A stretch of DNA of 64,000 bases from the human T2T-CHM13v2.0 reference genome, Homo sapiens, in assembly GCF_009914755.1 (NCBI RefSeq), contig NC_060935.1. The stretch is one strand, 5' to 3'. A program made the translations under genes and the position numbers. Under the pieces are notes generated by a model. That model worked only from the letters and a program-made list of their open reading frames with translations, made no database searches and had not been told where the DNA came from. This document shows, piece by piece, positions 1 to 16,164 of the stretch (position 1 is its first letter; each line of letters starts with the position of its first letter).

Positions 1-1465
<1,465 letters not shown>

Positions 1466-1507
1466 CACACACACACACACACGCAGACACATAGAGAAAA
1501 AAGGGTG

Positions 1508-1642
1508 AGTAGCGACTGTAGTCCCAGCTACACTGGAGGTTGAAGCAGGAGGATCGTGTAAACCAAAAAGTTTGAGGCTGCAATGAGCCCCTGCACTCCA
1601 GCCTGGGCAACAGAGTGAGACCCTGTCTCTTAAAAAAAAAAA
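1508..1642 (+). mobile_element. Alu monomer fragment (FLAM/AluJ-like)
   Basis: ctgtagtcccagctac...ctccagcctgggcaacagagtgagaccctgtctc followed by an A tail. Confidence 0.75.
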
Positions 1643-1887
1643 GTGAGGAGAAGACAGATATGGGGCAGGGAAGGCAGAGGGAGGATGGAGAGTCAGGGGT
1701 GGAAATCTAATTCAACTTTAGCCAGAAGCATTCCCTGACACTGCTCACCAGCCTGCACTTTCCACATTAGTACAGATTTATGGCTCCTTAAGAGAAGGGA
1801 GTGGGGAAAGGACGGTTCTGCCTCATGCCTTTATCAGGGACTCCTCCCTCCTTTCTATTTACTGGCTGTGATCGAACATCTAAGCTT

Positions 1888-1893
1888 TATAAA
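1888..1893 (+). promoter_or_regulatory. PATE4: Candidate TATA box of PATE4
   Basis: TATAAA ~70 bp upstream of the ATG at 1961. Confidence 0.55.
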
Positions 1894-1960
1894 GCAAGCT
1901 AGTGGCTGCCCTTTCCAATACCTCACTCAGCACACCGTCTGTCACCCAAACAAGCATCCA

Positions 1961-2018
1961 ATGAGGAAAATGAACACACTGCTCCTTGTGAGCTTATCTT
2001 TTCTCTACCTCAAAGAGG
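1961..2018 (+). CDS. PATE4: PATE4 coding exon 1 (signal peptide MRKMNTLLLVSLSFLYLKE)
   Basis: ATG at 1961, hydrophobic leader, phase-1 donor G|GTAAG at 2019. Confidence 0.93.
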
Positions 2019-2699
2019 GTAAGTTTGAACAATGGGGGTGGAGGGAGGCAACTTAGGGGTGCTGTTCTCTAAACCTCTACTCTCCAAGTCTCACTCACAT
2101 GCTCCAGCTGAGACCCAAAGACTCAGTACAATCTGAGTTTCAGGATGTCAGAGAGATCATATATAACACACTAATCCGGAAGAAAATGTACTACTGATTG
2201 CAGGGAAACAGGACAATTTTCCAACTTCATATTAATTGACTTTTCATCCATACTTATCTCATTTTGGACCCTTTCTTTCTTAATATACTTTTCTCCTTTA
2301 TTATCTCCTACATTCTCCTAGTTTTCCTTTCCTCCGGCTACTTCTCAGTGTATTTTGTAGGATTCTTTATTCTACCTGATCATTAAACACTGGGATACCT
2401 TAAGGCTTTATACTATCCACTCAGACCCTCCTCTATATCAACTTACCCACTTCCATGGCTTCAATTACAATCTATATGCTGAAAATGCCCAGTTTTATAT
2501 CCTAGCCAGATTTCTATTCTGAGCTTCAGTCTTTCATCAACAAACACCTCCTACACTTGGAAGTCACCCTTGAAATCTCCCTCTCCCTTAACACTCACTA
2601 AAAATTAGTGAATGATTCCTATGCTTTCTACCTATTAAATGTGCTTCAAATATGATTATATTTCTACCTTATATTTCTATTTTGCTACCTTTTGACACT

Positions 2700-3560
2700 T
2701 AGTAAGAAATAATAAACCATAAAAGAATTATAAGAAAATGTGACATAATTTGTTTGTAAGCTTAGAAATGAGAAAGACCTTTCTAACTATGACTCAAAAT
2801 CCAGAGCTCTTAAAAGAAAAACTGACAAATTTGACACATGAATATCAAAATATTCCTCATGGCAAAAATTAAAAATGCAACTCACATCAAACAAATGGCT
2901 AATATCCCTGATATGTAATGCCTCCTTTAAAAAAATCAAAAAGGAAAAGGCCAACAACCTAATAGAAAAATGGGCAAAGTATGTAGATAGTTCACACAAA
3001 AGAAAATGAAAATGGCTATTAAACATATAAAAAGTGCTCAATCTCACTCATACTAAGAAAAATGCAAATTAAAAGAACACTGATACACCATTTTTGACCT
3101 ATCAGATTGTCAACATCCAGGAGTTTGATAAAATATTTGAGTATTAAAGTTGTGGTGAGACAAGAATTTTCCAAGCATTGATAGCAAGAGAATAGTTACA
3201 TCTCCTCTGGTGGGCAATTCAGCAATACCTATCAAAATTACAAAAGTGTTTACTTTTTATCCAGCAATTCTGCTTGCATGAAATTATCTTATAGATATAC
3301 TCCCACACAAATGAAATATGTTCAGCATTATTTATTGCAGCAGATAATATCAAAAAGTGCAAATAACTTAAATTCTCATAAGAGACTGGTTAATTAAAGC
3401 ATGGTACAGCACTACAGTGGAATACTATACACTTAGTATACATTATTCAAAAAATCAAAGTGCAGAGTATGCATAGTATACTACCAATTATGAAAAGGGG
3501 GTAAAAAGATACATGTGCATATTTATATTTGCTTGAATATACTGAAAATCAATCTAAAAG
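2700..3560 (+). mobile_element. Old L1M (L1ME-like) 3' fragment in PATE4 intron 1
   Basis: Degenerate L1 ORF2 C-terminal/3'UTR motifs (aaaatgggcaaag...aaatgcaaattaaa...cagcaattc). Confidence 0.65.
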
Positions 3561-4889
3561 ATATAAAAGAAATGAATAAAACTGGTTTCCTTTATTTGGC
3601 AGATGAAAACTGGATAACTAGCTGGCAAGAGTGGGAGATCAACTTTACACAACATTCTTTTTCTATTACTTACTATTTAGTCACATCAATGTATTACCTA
3701 TTTTTAAATAATGCATTTTTAGAATGTTGAAATTGGAAATACTCAGGTTAAAGATCAAAGAGACAATTATTCGAAGAGCATTATCAGTGTACTGCGCAGC
3801 CTGCTCCCAACTCCTCTGAAAGAGAGAAGCCTCATGAAAGTTGCTTCAGGGAGAAATTGATAGTGTCCTCTGGTGTTTGGAAGGCACAGTGAGCTTGAGG
3901 AACCTAAAGGTGCGAGGGAGCCGGAGGGTACAGCCCTGAAATGGTGGAACTGAAAGACAGCTGAGTTGCATTACATACAAGCAGGGAGGATGTGCATACA
4001 TTCCCCTGGATCTGATCTGGGCCATGCCATATCAAGCAAGTCAGGCTTGAGCTGTTTAAAGTTCTATCCAAGAGCGCTGTCTGGAGGAAAAAGGTATTCT
4101 AGCAAGGTGTGGGCCACTACCTTCTTACAGCTGAGAGAAAATATAACCACCAGCTGCAGGAAATACACCACTCACGATACAGCAGTGGACTTGAATATTT
4201 TTTGTGGGGGAAATCCTGAAGAACCCGCAAATGTTCTCCTGACTCAAGGAACTCAAGAAAATGAGTTCTCCTGGCTCAAGAAAATGAGTCAGCTTTCATT
4301 AAATACAAAGTCCAAGAGATTGGGTTTTAAGTAACTACCATAGACAAAAGATGACGGCACCAGAGCCAGTCCGATGACATCTTTCCTGTCCTTTACCTGT
4401 CCCCCTCCTTCTCACCAACTGAAATGGGTCAGAAACTATCACTCATAAGCCAGAGGTGAGTAGGAGGAAACCAAGAAGAGAAATAGAGAAAAAGTTAAAG
4501 CCACCCCCTCCTGCCCATTACAAACACCTAAGCAAGCCTGAGCTATGTGTCTGTGCATACGTGTGTGTGGGTGGGTGGGTGTGCATGGGCATGCATACAG
4601 GGAGAGCGGGTTGTTGGTGAGAAACGTGGACTTTTAATAGAGCTATTTTATTATTATTGCATGGCACTCAATGCATAAATTACTGAACCCAGATTATTCT
4701 TATGCCCAAAAGTGATGGCAAGACTTTTTTTTTTTTTTTTTCTAAAAGTACATAGACAAGTTAGGAGCCTTGCCTGAAATTACCTGCAGGACTAGGAGAA
4801 CTAGCTTTAGAAAGAATACTCAGATGGGTAGTGGGCAGAAGAATAAAATTATTTTCTGTTTGCCCCTTTTAAGTCCCACGTTGACCTGC

Positions 4890-5440
4890 TAGATAAATGT
4901 AAATAGGATCAGATCACTTCCTTGCTTAAAATTTTTCGATAAATTCCCATTGCTCATGGATCAAAAACCATACTCATGTCTTTGGCCTAGGAGGGCTCAG
5001 GAAGTTGAATCTCTGCTCACCTGACCAGCCATGTCTCATAGCACAACCCACTCCATTCTGTGCCCCGGTTACATTAGCATTTTTGTCCCTCAGCAGACAA
5101 GCTTCTTTTCACTGCTGTTCCCTCTGCCTGAAATGTTCTTCACTGTGCCCATACCACACCACCCACTTACCTGGCTGACTCTTATTTATCATCAGGCCTC
5201 ACCTTACATCCCACTCCCCACAGAAACCTTCCTTGGCTCTCTAAAATACGTTAGTTCTTCCCTCTTAAATGCTCTCATTGCAAGTTTAACTATTTCTTGA
5301 TATTATAATACAACTGTACATAATTTGGAGGGGTTGTTTAATGCCTGTCTCCCCAGCATGTATATAAACACGTTTATCTTTGCATTCCCAGCACCTAAAA
5401 AAATGTCCAGAATGTGGAACATGCTCAAAACCCAGCAACT
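4890..5440 (+). mobile_element. L2 fragment
   Basis: L2 3'-region text (gatcacttccttgcttaaaa...tgttccctctgcctgaaatg...ttcccagcacct). Confidence 0.6.
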
Positions 5441-6473
5441 AACATCATCCTTTCCCTCTAAATAAGAGGAAAAGAGAAGGATGTTCACTCTCACCACTTC
5501 AATTCAACATTGCTGAGTGAAGGAAAAAATGAATAAACTTTAGGGTTATGCAAAGGCAATTGGATTTATCATTAAGAGGTCGTTAGCAACAAGATAGTCT
5601 TGATGGAATAGTGAGAATGGAATTTAGAATGAAGAGATGCCACAAGACCATTCCCAAAATTGGACATAAATCAATAGCACTCAAGTCCTCCTGGGCTCCA
5701 TATAAATTCGGATTCTATAACCTTGGAACGTCTGAGATGAAGATTGAAATAATCTACTTTCCCCATCATCACCATCACTTAGTCCTTAAATCTAAATTAC
5801 CCATAGGCTCCAATGTCGTCTCCCTACCCTAAATCTCCTCTCCTCTTACCTCCTGGTCACAGGGACTCCCAAATCACCTCTCTGTCTGCCTGGTTGCAGT
5901 TATTCCCTGAAAAAAGAGAAAGGCCAGACCAAGCCAGATGGAGCTATCAGAGGGTGTAATCTCAGACAGTCCACTCTAAACATGCCGTTTTCATTCCTAC
6001 CTCTGTGTTCTCCCTCACTATGACTACCTATCTGGAACACCTTCTCTGCCCATCCCCTGCCCCCACCTCCCCAAGTTTAACCTACATCTCAAGAGCCAGC
6101 TCAAGTCTTTAGCTAAAGTATTCCCCTGCTTTTCCAGCCCACAGTAATCTGCCTGTTGCTATACTCTTAATTGGCATCACAGGGTTTATCTGGTTGACTA
6201 TATATTATCTTTGCTGTTCTTTTATTATTTCACATGTTTATCTTGCCTTCAAATATAAATGGACCCTATTCAGGTCACAGAGACTGTGTCTTATCTTTTT
6301 TATCCACCTCCTAGCTTAACTTACAAAGCTAAATTAATCAGGAATTCCACAAATACCAGCTAATGGAGTGAGTGGACAGTATCGTCAATATGCAACCTCT
6401 TACTGATGCTGAAAACTCACTTTTCCATTGTCCCACAATCCAGCCTGAATATTCTATTCTCTCCACCCTGCAG

Positions 6474-6590
6474 TTATGGGTCTGAAGTGTAATACCTGCA
6501 TATACACAGAAGGATGGAAGTGTATGGCAGGCCGAGGCACTTGCATTGCAAAAGAAAATGAGTTATGTTCAACAACAGCCTATTTCAGGG
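6474..6590 (+). CDS. PATE4: PATE4 exon 2 ([39 protein letters not shown])
   Basis: Pyrimidine tract plus CAG acceptor, 117-nt phase 1-1 exon, donor GTAAGT at 6591; LU-domain cysteine pattern. Confidence 0.95.
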
Positions 6591-6911
6591 GTAAGTGGGG
6601 CTCATGAAGACTCCAAAATTGCCTGCAAAGAACCATCACTCTTGCTAGTGCCTGGAATAAAGAACTCGATATCATTTAGCTCTGCTAGGAGGTAAGGCAA
6701 GGAATAAAAGAGGGGGCAAGAAGGGATAATTTCCAACTTCACACTGTAGGGTTTAGTATCCAGAGCCAGTTACGGTGGCGATTGGGAACATGAACCCAGG
6801 AGCCGGGAAGGAGACCCAGTGTTAAGTGCTATTCCTCTTGGTGGTGAGTTTTAGTAAGTCACTAGTAAGGCAATCTCCTCCAGCATTTATAACAGGCTTC
6901 TTCATTTTTAG

Positions 6912-7033
6912 GAGACAAACATATGTACTCAACACATATGTGTAAGTATAAGTGCCGGGAAGAGGAGTCCTCCAAAAGAGGCCTGTTGAGAGTGACACTG
7001 TGCTGTGACAGAAACTTCTGTAATGTCTTCTAA
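6912..7033 (+). CDS. PATE4: PATE4 exon 3 CDS ([40 protein letters not shown])
   Basis: TAG acceptor, CCxxxxCN terminal motif of the Ly6/uPAR three-finger fold, TAA at 7031-7033; spliced CDS is 297 nt = 98 aa with 10 Cys. Confidence 0.95.
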
Positions 7034-7280
7034 TGGAGCTTAGGAACTTGCAGAGGATCATCTGATCAAGATCCAGAATCAAGACCAACCAACATGAACT
7101 GTTTTATTTCCCACACCAAATTCCACACTGGCCTAAGATCCCAGAGAGAGCTGCAGGGGCTGTCCTCATTGCAATGAAGGGGCTCCCCACACCCCACCTC
7201 CACCACTAGATTCCTAAAATCATGAGCATTGAAACAAAATCCTCCATGAGCTATGCTTATTCTTTTGTCTTCTACTCCTG

Positions 7281-7810
7281 ATTTCTGATTTCTATCCCTT
7301 GTAGGCTAAATAATGGACCCCCAAATATTTCTACATCCTAATCTCTGGAACCTGTGAATGTTACCTTACATGGCAAAAGGGACTTTGAAAATGTGATTAA
7401 GGATCTTGAGAAGGGGAGGTTATCTTGCATTATCTGGGGGGGCCCTAAGTGGAATCAAAATGCAAAATGCAATAAGATGCAAGTAAAGGGAGATACGACA
7501 AAGAAGAGGAAAAGATGATGTGATAATGGAAGCAGAGATTGGAGCCACGTGCTTTGAAGATGGAGGAATAGGCCATAAGCTAAAACTAGGAGGCCACTAG
7601 AAGCTGAAAAAGTCAAGGAAATAGGTTCTCCCCTCAGAGCCTCCAGAAACCAGCCCTGCTGACACCTTGATTTAAGCCCTGTAAGACTCATTTTGGATGT
7701 CTGGCCTCCAGAACTCTAAGTGGGTGTGGTTTTCAGCCACAAAGTGTGTATTGTTTTAAGCCACTAAGTTTGCAATAATTTATTATAGCAGCAATGGGAA
7801 ACTAATACAA
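7281..7810 (+). mobile_element. MLT1 (MLT1C/D-like) LTR downstream of the PATE4 stop (probable 3'UTR)
   Basis: aataatggacccccaaa...gttaccttacatggcaaaagggactttg...agcagcaatgggaaactaataca. Confidence 0.8.
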
Positions 7811-8135
7811 TCCAAATAAACTTCTAGGAATTCAAATCATTGGTAAGCCTGAGTACCCAGGGGCCAGTCTAGGTGACAACAGTATCCACCGCTCAGGGCT
7901 TACAGTGACCTGCAGGAAGAGAGGAATAACAGAGCACGTGCTATGAATAAATGTGGAGATCAATTTGTGGATTTTAAACTTCATGACATGCTGCAGATAA
8001 TCCTTTAGGTGTATCTGTGGTAAATGGTGCCTTGCTATGTTCTGAAGCAATCAAACATGATGTCCTAATAGCTCAATTTATCAGTTCCTCATTAGCTTGT
8101 GTACTCACTGAAATTCTTTTAGCAGTTAATGTCCC

Positions 8136-8479
8136 TGTATTAGTCTGTTTTCATGCTGCTGATAAGGACATACCCACGACTGGGCAATTTACGAAAGAAA
8201 GGGGTTTATCGGACTTACAGTTCCACGTGGCTGGGGAAGCCTCACAATCATGGCAGAAGGTAAAAGGCATGTCTCACATAGTGACAGACAAGAGAAGAGA
8301 GATTGTGCAGGAAAACTCTCCCTTATAATAACCATCAGATCTTGTGAGACTTACTCACTATCACGAGAATAGCACAGGAAAAACCTGCCCCCATGATTCA
8401 ATTACCTCCCACTGGTCCCTCCCACAACACGTGGGAATTCAAGATGAAATTTGGGTGGGGACACAGCCAAACCATATCA
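8136..8479 (-). mobile_element. THE1 solo LTR
   Basis: tgtattagtc...ccaaaccatatca with exact 5-bp TSD gtccc. Confidence 0.92.
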
Positions 8480-8764
8480 GTCCCCTTCTTAAAACTCTCC
8501 TCTCTAGCTCCTATGACTGTACATTTGTAGTTCTCCCACCTCTCTGAAGAATCCTCTGTGAGGGTCTCTGGGGACTTTGTTTTGATTTGTTATTGTTTTT
8601 ATATTCAGTCTTTAACCTATGTGAAGCCACCTTTGTAATACTGCCTTAAGTAAAGATCCAGTATTATTTTTCTCCATAGAATGAGTCAGATTTTTTAACA
8701 CCATTGACTACAAAGTCTATCCTTTCTCCGTTCACTTGTGATACAATTTTTATCTTAATTATAA

Positions 8765-9685
8765 AGGAAAAAATCACTGTTTTCTCTACTATACTGTCTC
8801 ACACACAACACTTCTGACACGAAATATGTGGGGTTTTCCACACCAACAAATTAACCAATCACCCAGTGCACACTGATTGAGTGCTCTAAAATTTAACTCA
8901 ATTCTGACACTAATTGTCCAGAGTTAATTCAGACCCCACAGACAAAGGGCTCGGTCCCACAAACTGCCCCCCAACTGCAGATGCCAATCACAAATTGTGG
9001 GTCCTCAGGTTATGCACAACTTAGGTCCAAACTGGAAATTCCCACATTCCCCTCCTCAAGTGCAATAATTTGCTAGAACAGCTCACAAAACTGAGGAGAT
9101 AATTTACGATTACAGATTTATTGCAGAGGATATATTAAAGGATACAGATGCACAGCCAGATGAAGGGGTACATAGGGCAAGGTCTGGAAGGGTCCTGAGC
9201 ACAGAAGCTTCTGTCCTTGTGGAGTTTGGAATGCATCACCCTTCCAGCACACAGATGTGTTCTTGTTCATCATGCAGTAGCTCCAAAAACCCTTTTAATT
9301 AGTAATTTTTAATGGCGGTTTCATTGCATGGACATGATTGATTATTAATAAATGATTGGCCACTGGTGATTAATTCAGCCTCCAGTCCTCCCTTCTCCAG
9401 AGGTCGAGAGGGAGGGTTGAAAGTTCTAACCCTCTAATCACATGGTTGATTCCCTTGGCAACCAGCCCTTATTCTGTGATTATTTAAAGGCTTTCCAAAA
9501 ATCACCTCAGTAATATAAAGTCAGGCATGGTTACAAGATTTGTTGTAAGACATGCAAATGCTTCATGAACCAAGGACAAAATACGAAATATTACAACACA
9601 AGATGCTCCTATTGCTCTTATCACTTAGAAAATTACAAGGGTTTTAGGAGCTCTGTGCCAGGACATGGACAGAAAGACCAAAATA
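8765..9685. mobile_element. MER21-family LTR
   Basis: acttctgacac...cagaccccacag...aaggatacagatgcacagccagatgaag; homologous to the copy at ~48010-48760. Confidence 0.7.
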
Positions 9686-9687
9686 TA

Positions 9688-10120
9688 CAGTTTACCCTTG
9701 AACAACATGCGGGTTAGGAGTGCTAACCCCTGCACAGTCAAAAATCCACATATAACTTTTGACTACCCAAAAACTTTACTAACAGCCTGCTATTGACTGG
9801 AAGCCTTACCGATAACATAAACAGCCAATTAATACTTATTTTGTACATTATAAGTACTATATACTATATTCTTACAATAAAGTAATCTAGAGAAAAGAAA
9901 ATATTAAGAAAATCGTAAGAAACAAAGTACACTTACTATTCATTAAGTGGAAGTCATCTTCATAAAGGTCTTCATCCTCATTGTCTTTACATTGACTAGG
10001 CTGAAGAGGAAGTGGAAAAGGAGGGGTTGGTCTTGCCATCCCATGGGTGGCAGAGGCAGAAGAATCCACATATAAGGAGACTCACAGAGTTCAACCCTGT
10101 GTTGTTCCAGTATCAATTTT
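9688..10120. mobile_element. Tigger2a/MER28-like DNA transposon
   Basis: TIRs cagtttacccttgaacaaca ... tgtgttgttccagtatcaatt. Confidence 0.75.
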
Positions 10121-10207
10121 GTATGTATTATACCAAAGTATCATATACATACAAATATGTTTTGTGTGTGGCCATGTGTGTGCGTGTATATAAAACTTTC
10201 CATTCTA

Positions 10208-10523
10208 GGTCGCGCGCGGTGGCTCACGCCTGTAATCCCAGCAGGTTGGGAGGCAGAGGCAGGTGGATCATGAGGTCAGGAGATCGATACCATCCTGGCT
10301 AACACAGTGAAACCCCGTCTCTACTAAAAATACAAAAAATTACCCAGGCATGGCGGCAGGCCCCTGTAGTCCCAGCTACTTGGGAGGCTGAGGCAGGAGA
10401 ATGGCATGAACCGGGAGGCAGAGCTTGCAGTGAGCCAAGATCGCGCCACTGCACTCCAGCCTGGGCGACAGAGCAAGACTCTATCTCAAAAACAAACAAA
10501 CAAACAAACAAACAAACAAAAAA
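10208..10523 (+). mobile_element. AluY
   Basis: Full Alu, (CAAA)n tail, TSD actttccattcta. Confidence 0.9.
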
Positions 10524-10555
10524 CCACTTTCCATTCTATTCCATTGTCTATTCAT

Positions 10556-10920
10556 GCTATGGTCTGAATGTTTGTGTCCCACCAAAATTCATATGCAGAA
10601 ACCTAATCCCCAGTGCAATAGCATTAAGAGGTAGGGCCCTTCAGAGATGATTATGTCATAAGGATGGGGCCCTAATGAATAGGACTGCTGTCCTTATGAA
10701 AGAGGCCAGAGAGAGCTTGTTTGCCCCTGCCACCATGTGAGGACACAACAAGAAGGCATCATCTGGAAAGCAGAGGGTGAGCCCTCACCAAACATGTAAT
10801 CTGTTTGTACTTTAATCTTAAGTTTCCCAGCCCTTAGAATTCTAAGCAATAAATGTATATTGTTTATAAATTACCCAGTATATGGTATTTTTCTGATAGC
10901 AGCCCAAACACACTAAGACA
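10556..10920 (+). mobile_element. MLT1A/B LTR
   Basis: tgctatggtctgaatgtttgtgtccc...agcagcccaaacacactaagaca. Confidence 0.8.
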
Positions 10921-11494
10921 ATTTGTTTTCGAATGAATACTATGCTATTTTTTTTACTATAGTTTTGTAGAATGTCTTTAAATCTGCTAGGGAAATTTCC
11001 CTCATTGTGCCATTTCTTTGTCTGTTGGCTCTCAGTTCCATTCCTGCCCATTATTCCTCTTCTCTGAATTGCAGGAAATTCAAAATGAGCCTGTGTTTCT
11101 GGCTGTGGCAGCAACAAGCAACTGCAGGAGACTGCCAGCTAACACAATAGCACCATATTCATGGCAGCTGTGGCAGCAAATCCAACAGCATCAGCAACTT
11201 CTGCTTCTGCAAAAATATAGGCTCCTGGCTTCCTGAAAAGTGGTGATGACAATATTACACAGGCAGTTTCAGCAGCAGGCTCTCCCTCGCCCCAGCTACC
11301 CCCCAGCACTTATGGACTCTAGATAATACCAAGTTCCCTTTGCTCCTGCAGCCCTAGGGGTGATAACAGCTTCTCACAGGTACTGTTCCCTGGGGAATAG
11401 CATTGTTCCCTTTTTGGCTCCTTCAACCTCTCAACACTTTTGTAACCATTTTGTTGTATTTACTTCCCCTTGCTTGAAAACCTAGAAATGTGAA

Positions 11495-12322
<828 letters not shown>

Positions 12323-15300
12323 GAGAAAGGTTAATGTTTCTTAACTGGACTCTAATAGATACATTCTTCTTAACTCTTCTTATTCAAGGTTGATTTTGAT
12401 ATTTGTGTGCATTTATTCTTCCACATAAATTTTAAATACATTTATTAAATGCAACAAAAGTGCAATTGAAAATTTATTGAGGTGAGTTGACATTTCATTC
12501 AAGAACATGAAACAATTCTCCATTTTTTCGTATTATAATCAAAACCATTTATTAATCTTCAGATTTTCTCCATAAAGTTTTTGAGTATTTTTGGTTGAAT
12601 TAATTTCTAGAAACTTTTCTATATGTGTTGTTGTGAATAGTAACTTAGCTTTTCATTATATCTTATGCTTCATTATTACTGATGCAGAGAAGTGCTATTA
12701 ATTTTTATAAGTTGTAGGGGAGGTGCCAAGATGGCCTAGTAGAAACAGCTCCAGTCTGCGGCTCCCAGCAAGAAGAACGAAAGAGTGAGTGAATTCTGCA
12801 TCTTCAGCCGAGGTACCCAGGTTCTCTCATTAGGACTGGCTAGGCAGTTGGCACGACCCACAGAGAGTGAGCAAAAGCAGGGTGGAGTGAGGGCCCACCC
12901 AGGAGCTGCATGGGGCAAAGGGAGCTCCTTCCCCCAGCCAAGGGAGGCAGTGAGTGATTGTGCTACCCCACCCAGGAAACCATGCTTTTCCCACAGATCT
13001 TTGCAACCCACAGATTAGGAGATCCCCTAGTGAGCCCATGTCACCAGGGCCTTGGGTCCAAAGCACAGAGCTGTGCAGACTCACAGCAACCGTTCAGGTC
13101 AGCAGCCACTTGGGCAGGCACTGAGATGCAGGAGTTTTGCATATTTTAGCTCCAGGAAATCCAGTGAGGCAGGAGATCTATCCACTCCTGTAGGAAAAGG
13201 GCTGAAGCCAGAGAGACAAGGGGCTCGCTCAACAGGCTCCACTCTCACAGAACCCCACAAGCTAAGACCCACTGGCTTGGAATCCCTGCCAGTTAGGCCA
13301 GCAGGCTGGAAACTGCCTAAGACTACTGAGTTCCTGGCAGGGAGGGGTGACCACCATCACTGCAGCTCCAGTCAGCCATTTTCCCCTGCAAGTGCCAGCG
13401 AGACAGGGTGGTTTGGACTGGGAGGAGTTCCCCACAGCACAGTACGGTGGCTGTGACAGATCATGGCCAGGCTGCTTTTTTAAGTGGGACCCTGACCCAT
13501 CCTTCCTCACCAGGCAGGGCCTCCCTATGGTAATTTCAGCATCTCCAGCCAGGGGGTTATAGACAGAACTCTGATCTCTCTGGGATGAGCCCCTAGTGGG
13601 AGGGGCACTGTGGTCTCCACAGATCAGCCATCTTAGTCTTTTCTACCTGCTAGCTCTGAAGAGTTAGGGCAGCCTGGGTAAGGAAGTTTTCCCCCAGTGC
13701 AGCACACCTGTTTTGCCAAGAGGCAGCCAGACTGCTGATTTAAGCAGGGCCCTAATCCTGTTATTCCAGACGGGGTGAGACCTCCCAACAGGGGCCTCCC
13801 TCCAGACACCTCATACAGGAGCATTCCAGCTGGCATCAGGTTGTTGCCCCTCTGGGAAGGAGCTCCCAGAGGAAGGAACAGGCAGCCATCTTTGCTGTTC
13901 TGCAGCCTCCACTGGTGATACCTCCAGGTGCAGGCGGGACCCAGGTGAATAGGGTCTGCAGTGGGCTCCCAGCAAACTGCAGCAGCCCTGGGGAAGGGGA
14001 GCCTGACTTCTAAAAGAAAAAAAAACAGAAAGCAACAACGACAACAAAATCAATGAAAAAGACCCCACAGAAACCCCAGCCAAAAGTCAGCAGCCTCAAA
14101 GACTGAAGGTAGATAAACCCATGAAGATGACAATCAATGCAAAAACACAGAAAATTCAAAAAGCCAGAGAGCCTCTTCTCCTCCAAATGATTCCAACACC
14201 TCTCCAGCAAGAGCACAGACCTGGCTGAGGCTGAGATGGATAAATTGATGGAAGTAGGCTTAAGAAGGTGGGTAATAACAAACTTCACTGAGCTAAAGGA
14301 GTATGTTTTAATCCAATGTAAAGAAGCTAAGAACCATGATAAAACATTACAGGAGCTGTTAACCAGAATAGCCAGTTTATAGAGGAACATAAATGACCTG
14401 ATGGAGCTGAAAAACACAACACAAGAACTTCACAATGCAAACACAAGTATCAATAGATGAACAGACCAAGCAGAAGAACATCAGAGCTTGAAGACTATCT
14501 TGCTGAAATAAGAAAGGCAGATAAGATTAGAGAAAAAAGAATAAAAAGAATGAACAAAACTTCTAAGAACTATGAGATTATGTAAAAAGACAAAACCTAT
14601 GACTGACTGGGGTACCAAAAAGAGATGGGGAGAACAGGGCCAAGTTGGAAAACACACTTCAGGATATCATCCAGAGAGAACTTCCCCAACCTAGCAAGGC
14701 AGGCCAATATTCTATCAGGAAATCCAGAGATGCCCAATAAGATACTCCATGAGAAGATCAACCCCAAGACACATGATCATCAGATTTGCCAAGGTCAAAA
14801 TGAAGAAAAAGATTTTAAGGGCAGCAGAGAGAAAAGCCAGGTCACCTACAAAGGGAAGCCCACCAGACTAACAACAGACCTCTCAGCAGAAACCCTATAA
14901 GCCAGAAGAGATTGGGGGCCAATATTCAACATTCTTTAAAAAAAAAAAATTTTCAACTGAGAATTTTATATCCAGCTAAACTAAGCTTCATAAGCAAAGG
15001 AGAAATACAATCCTGTTCAGACAACCAAATACTGAGGGAATTTGTCACCACTAGGCCTGCTTTGCAAGAGCTCCTGAAGGAAGTACTAAATATGGAAAGG
15101 AAAAACCATTACCACCCACTACAAAAATGCAGACAAATGACACTATGAAGTAACTACATAAACAAGTCTGCAAAATAACCAGCTAGCATAATGATGACAG
15201 AATCAAATTCACTCATAACAATTTTTAACCTTAAATGTAAGTAGGCTAAATGCCCCCAATTAAAAGACACAAAATGGCAAACTGGATAAAGAGTCAAGAC

Positions 15301-15429
15301 TCATTGGTGTGCTGTATTCCAGAGACCCATCTCACATGCAAAGACACACACAGATTCAAAATAAAGGGATGGAAGAAAATTTACCAAGCAAATAGAAAAC
15401 AACAAAAAAAGCAGGGGTTGCAAATTTAC

Positions 15430-15778
15430 TGTAATAGTCCATTCTCGTGCTGCTAATAAAGGCATACCTGAGACTGGGTAATTTATTAGAAAAGAAGTTT
15501 AATTGACCCACAGTTCAGCATGACTGAGGAGCCCTCAGGAAACTTACAATCATGGCAGAAGGGGAAGAGACATGTCCTTCTTCACATGGTGGCAGGAGAA
15601 AAAAGAAAGAGCGAAGAGGGAAAAACCCCTTATAAAACCATCAGATCTTACTCATTATCACAAGAACACCAGCATGGGGATAACCACCCCCATGATTCAA
15701 TTACCTCCCACTGGATGGGAATTATGGAAACTACAATTCAAGATGATGTTTGGGTGGGGACACAGCCAAATTATATCC
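15430..15778 (-). mobile_element. THE1C/D solo LTR inserted in L1 ORF2 (endonuclease region)
   Basis: THE1 text interrupts L1 sequence between ggttgcaa and tagtttctgacaaaacagac. Confidence 0.85.
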
Positions 15779-16105
15779 CTTAGTTTCTGACAAAACAGAC
15801 TTTAAACCAACAAAGATCAAGAAGGACAAAGAAGTGCATTACATAATGGTAAAAGGTTCAATTCAAGAAGAAGAGCTAACTATCCTAAATATATATGCAC
15901 TCAATACAGGAGCACCCAGATTCATACAAGAAGTTCTTCGAGACATACAAAGAGACTTAGACTCCCACACAATAATAGTGGGAGACTTTAACAACCCACT
16001 GTCAATAGTAGACAGATCATTGACACAGAAAATTAACAAAGTATTCAGGACTTGAACTCAGCTCTGGATCAAGTCATCCTAATAGATACCTACAGAACTC
16101 TCTCT

Positions 16106-16114
16106 ACACACACA

Positions 16115-16151
<37 letters not shown>
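16106..16151. repeat. (CA)n microsatellite
   Basis: ~22 CA units with one interruption. Confidence 0.95.

Positions 16152-16164
<13 letters not shown>

Noticed and set aside
11018-11290. Gln-rich ORF and CAG-rich tract
   Set aside because: Short, imperfect low-complexity sequence in a probable old LTR; no splice or homology support
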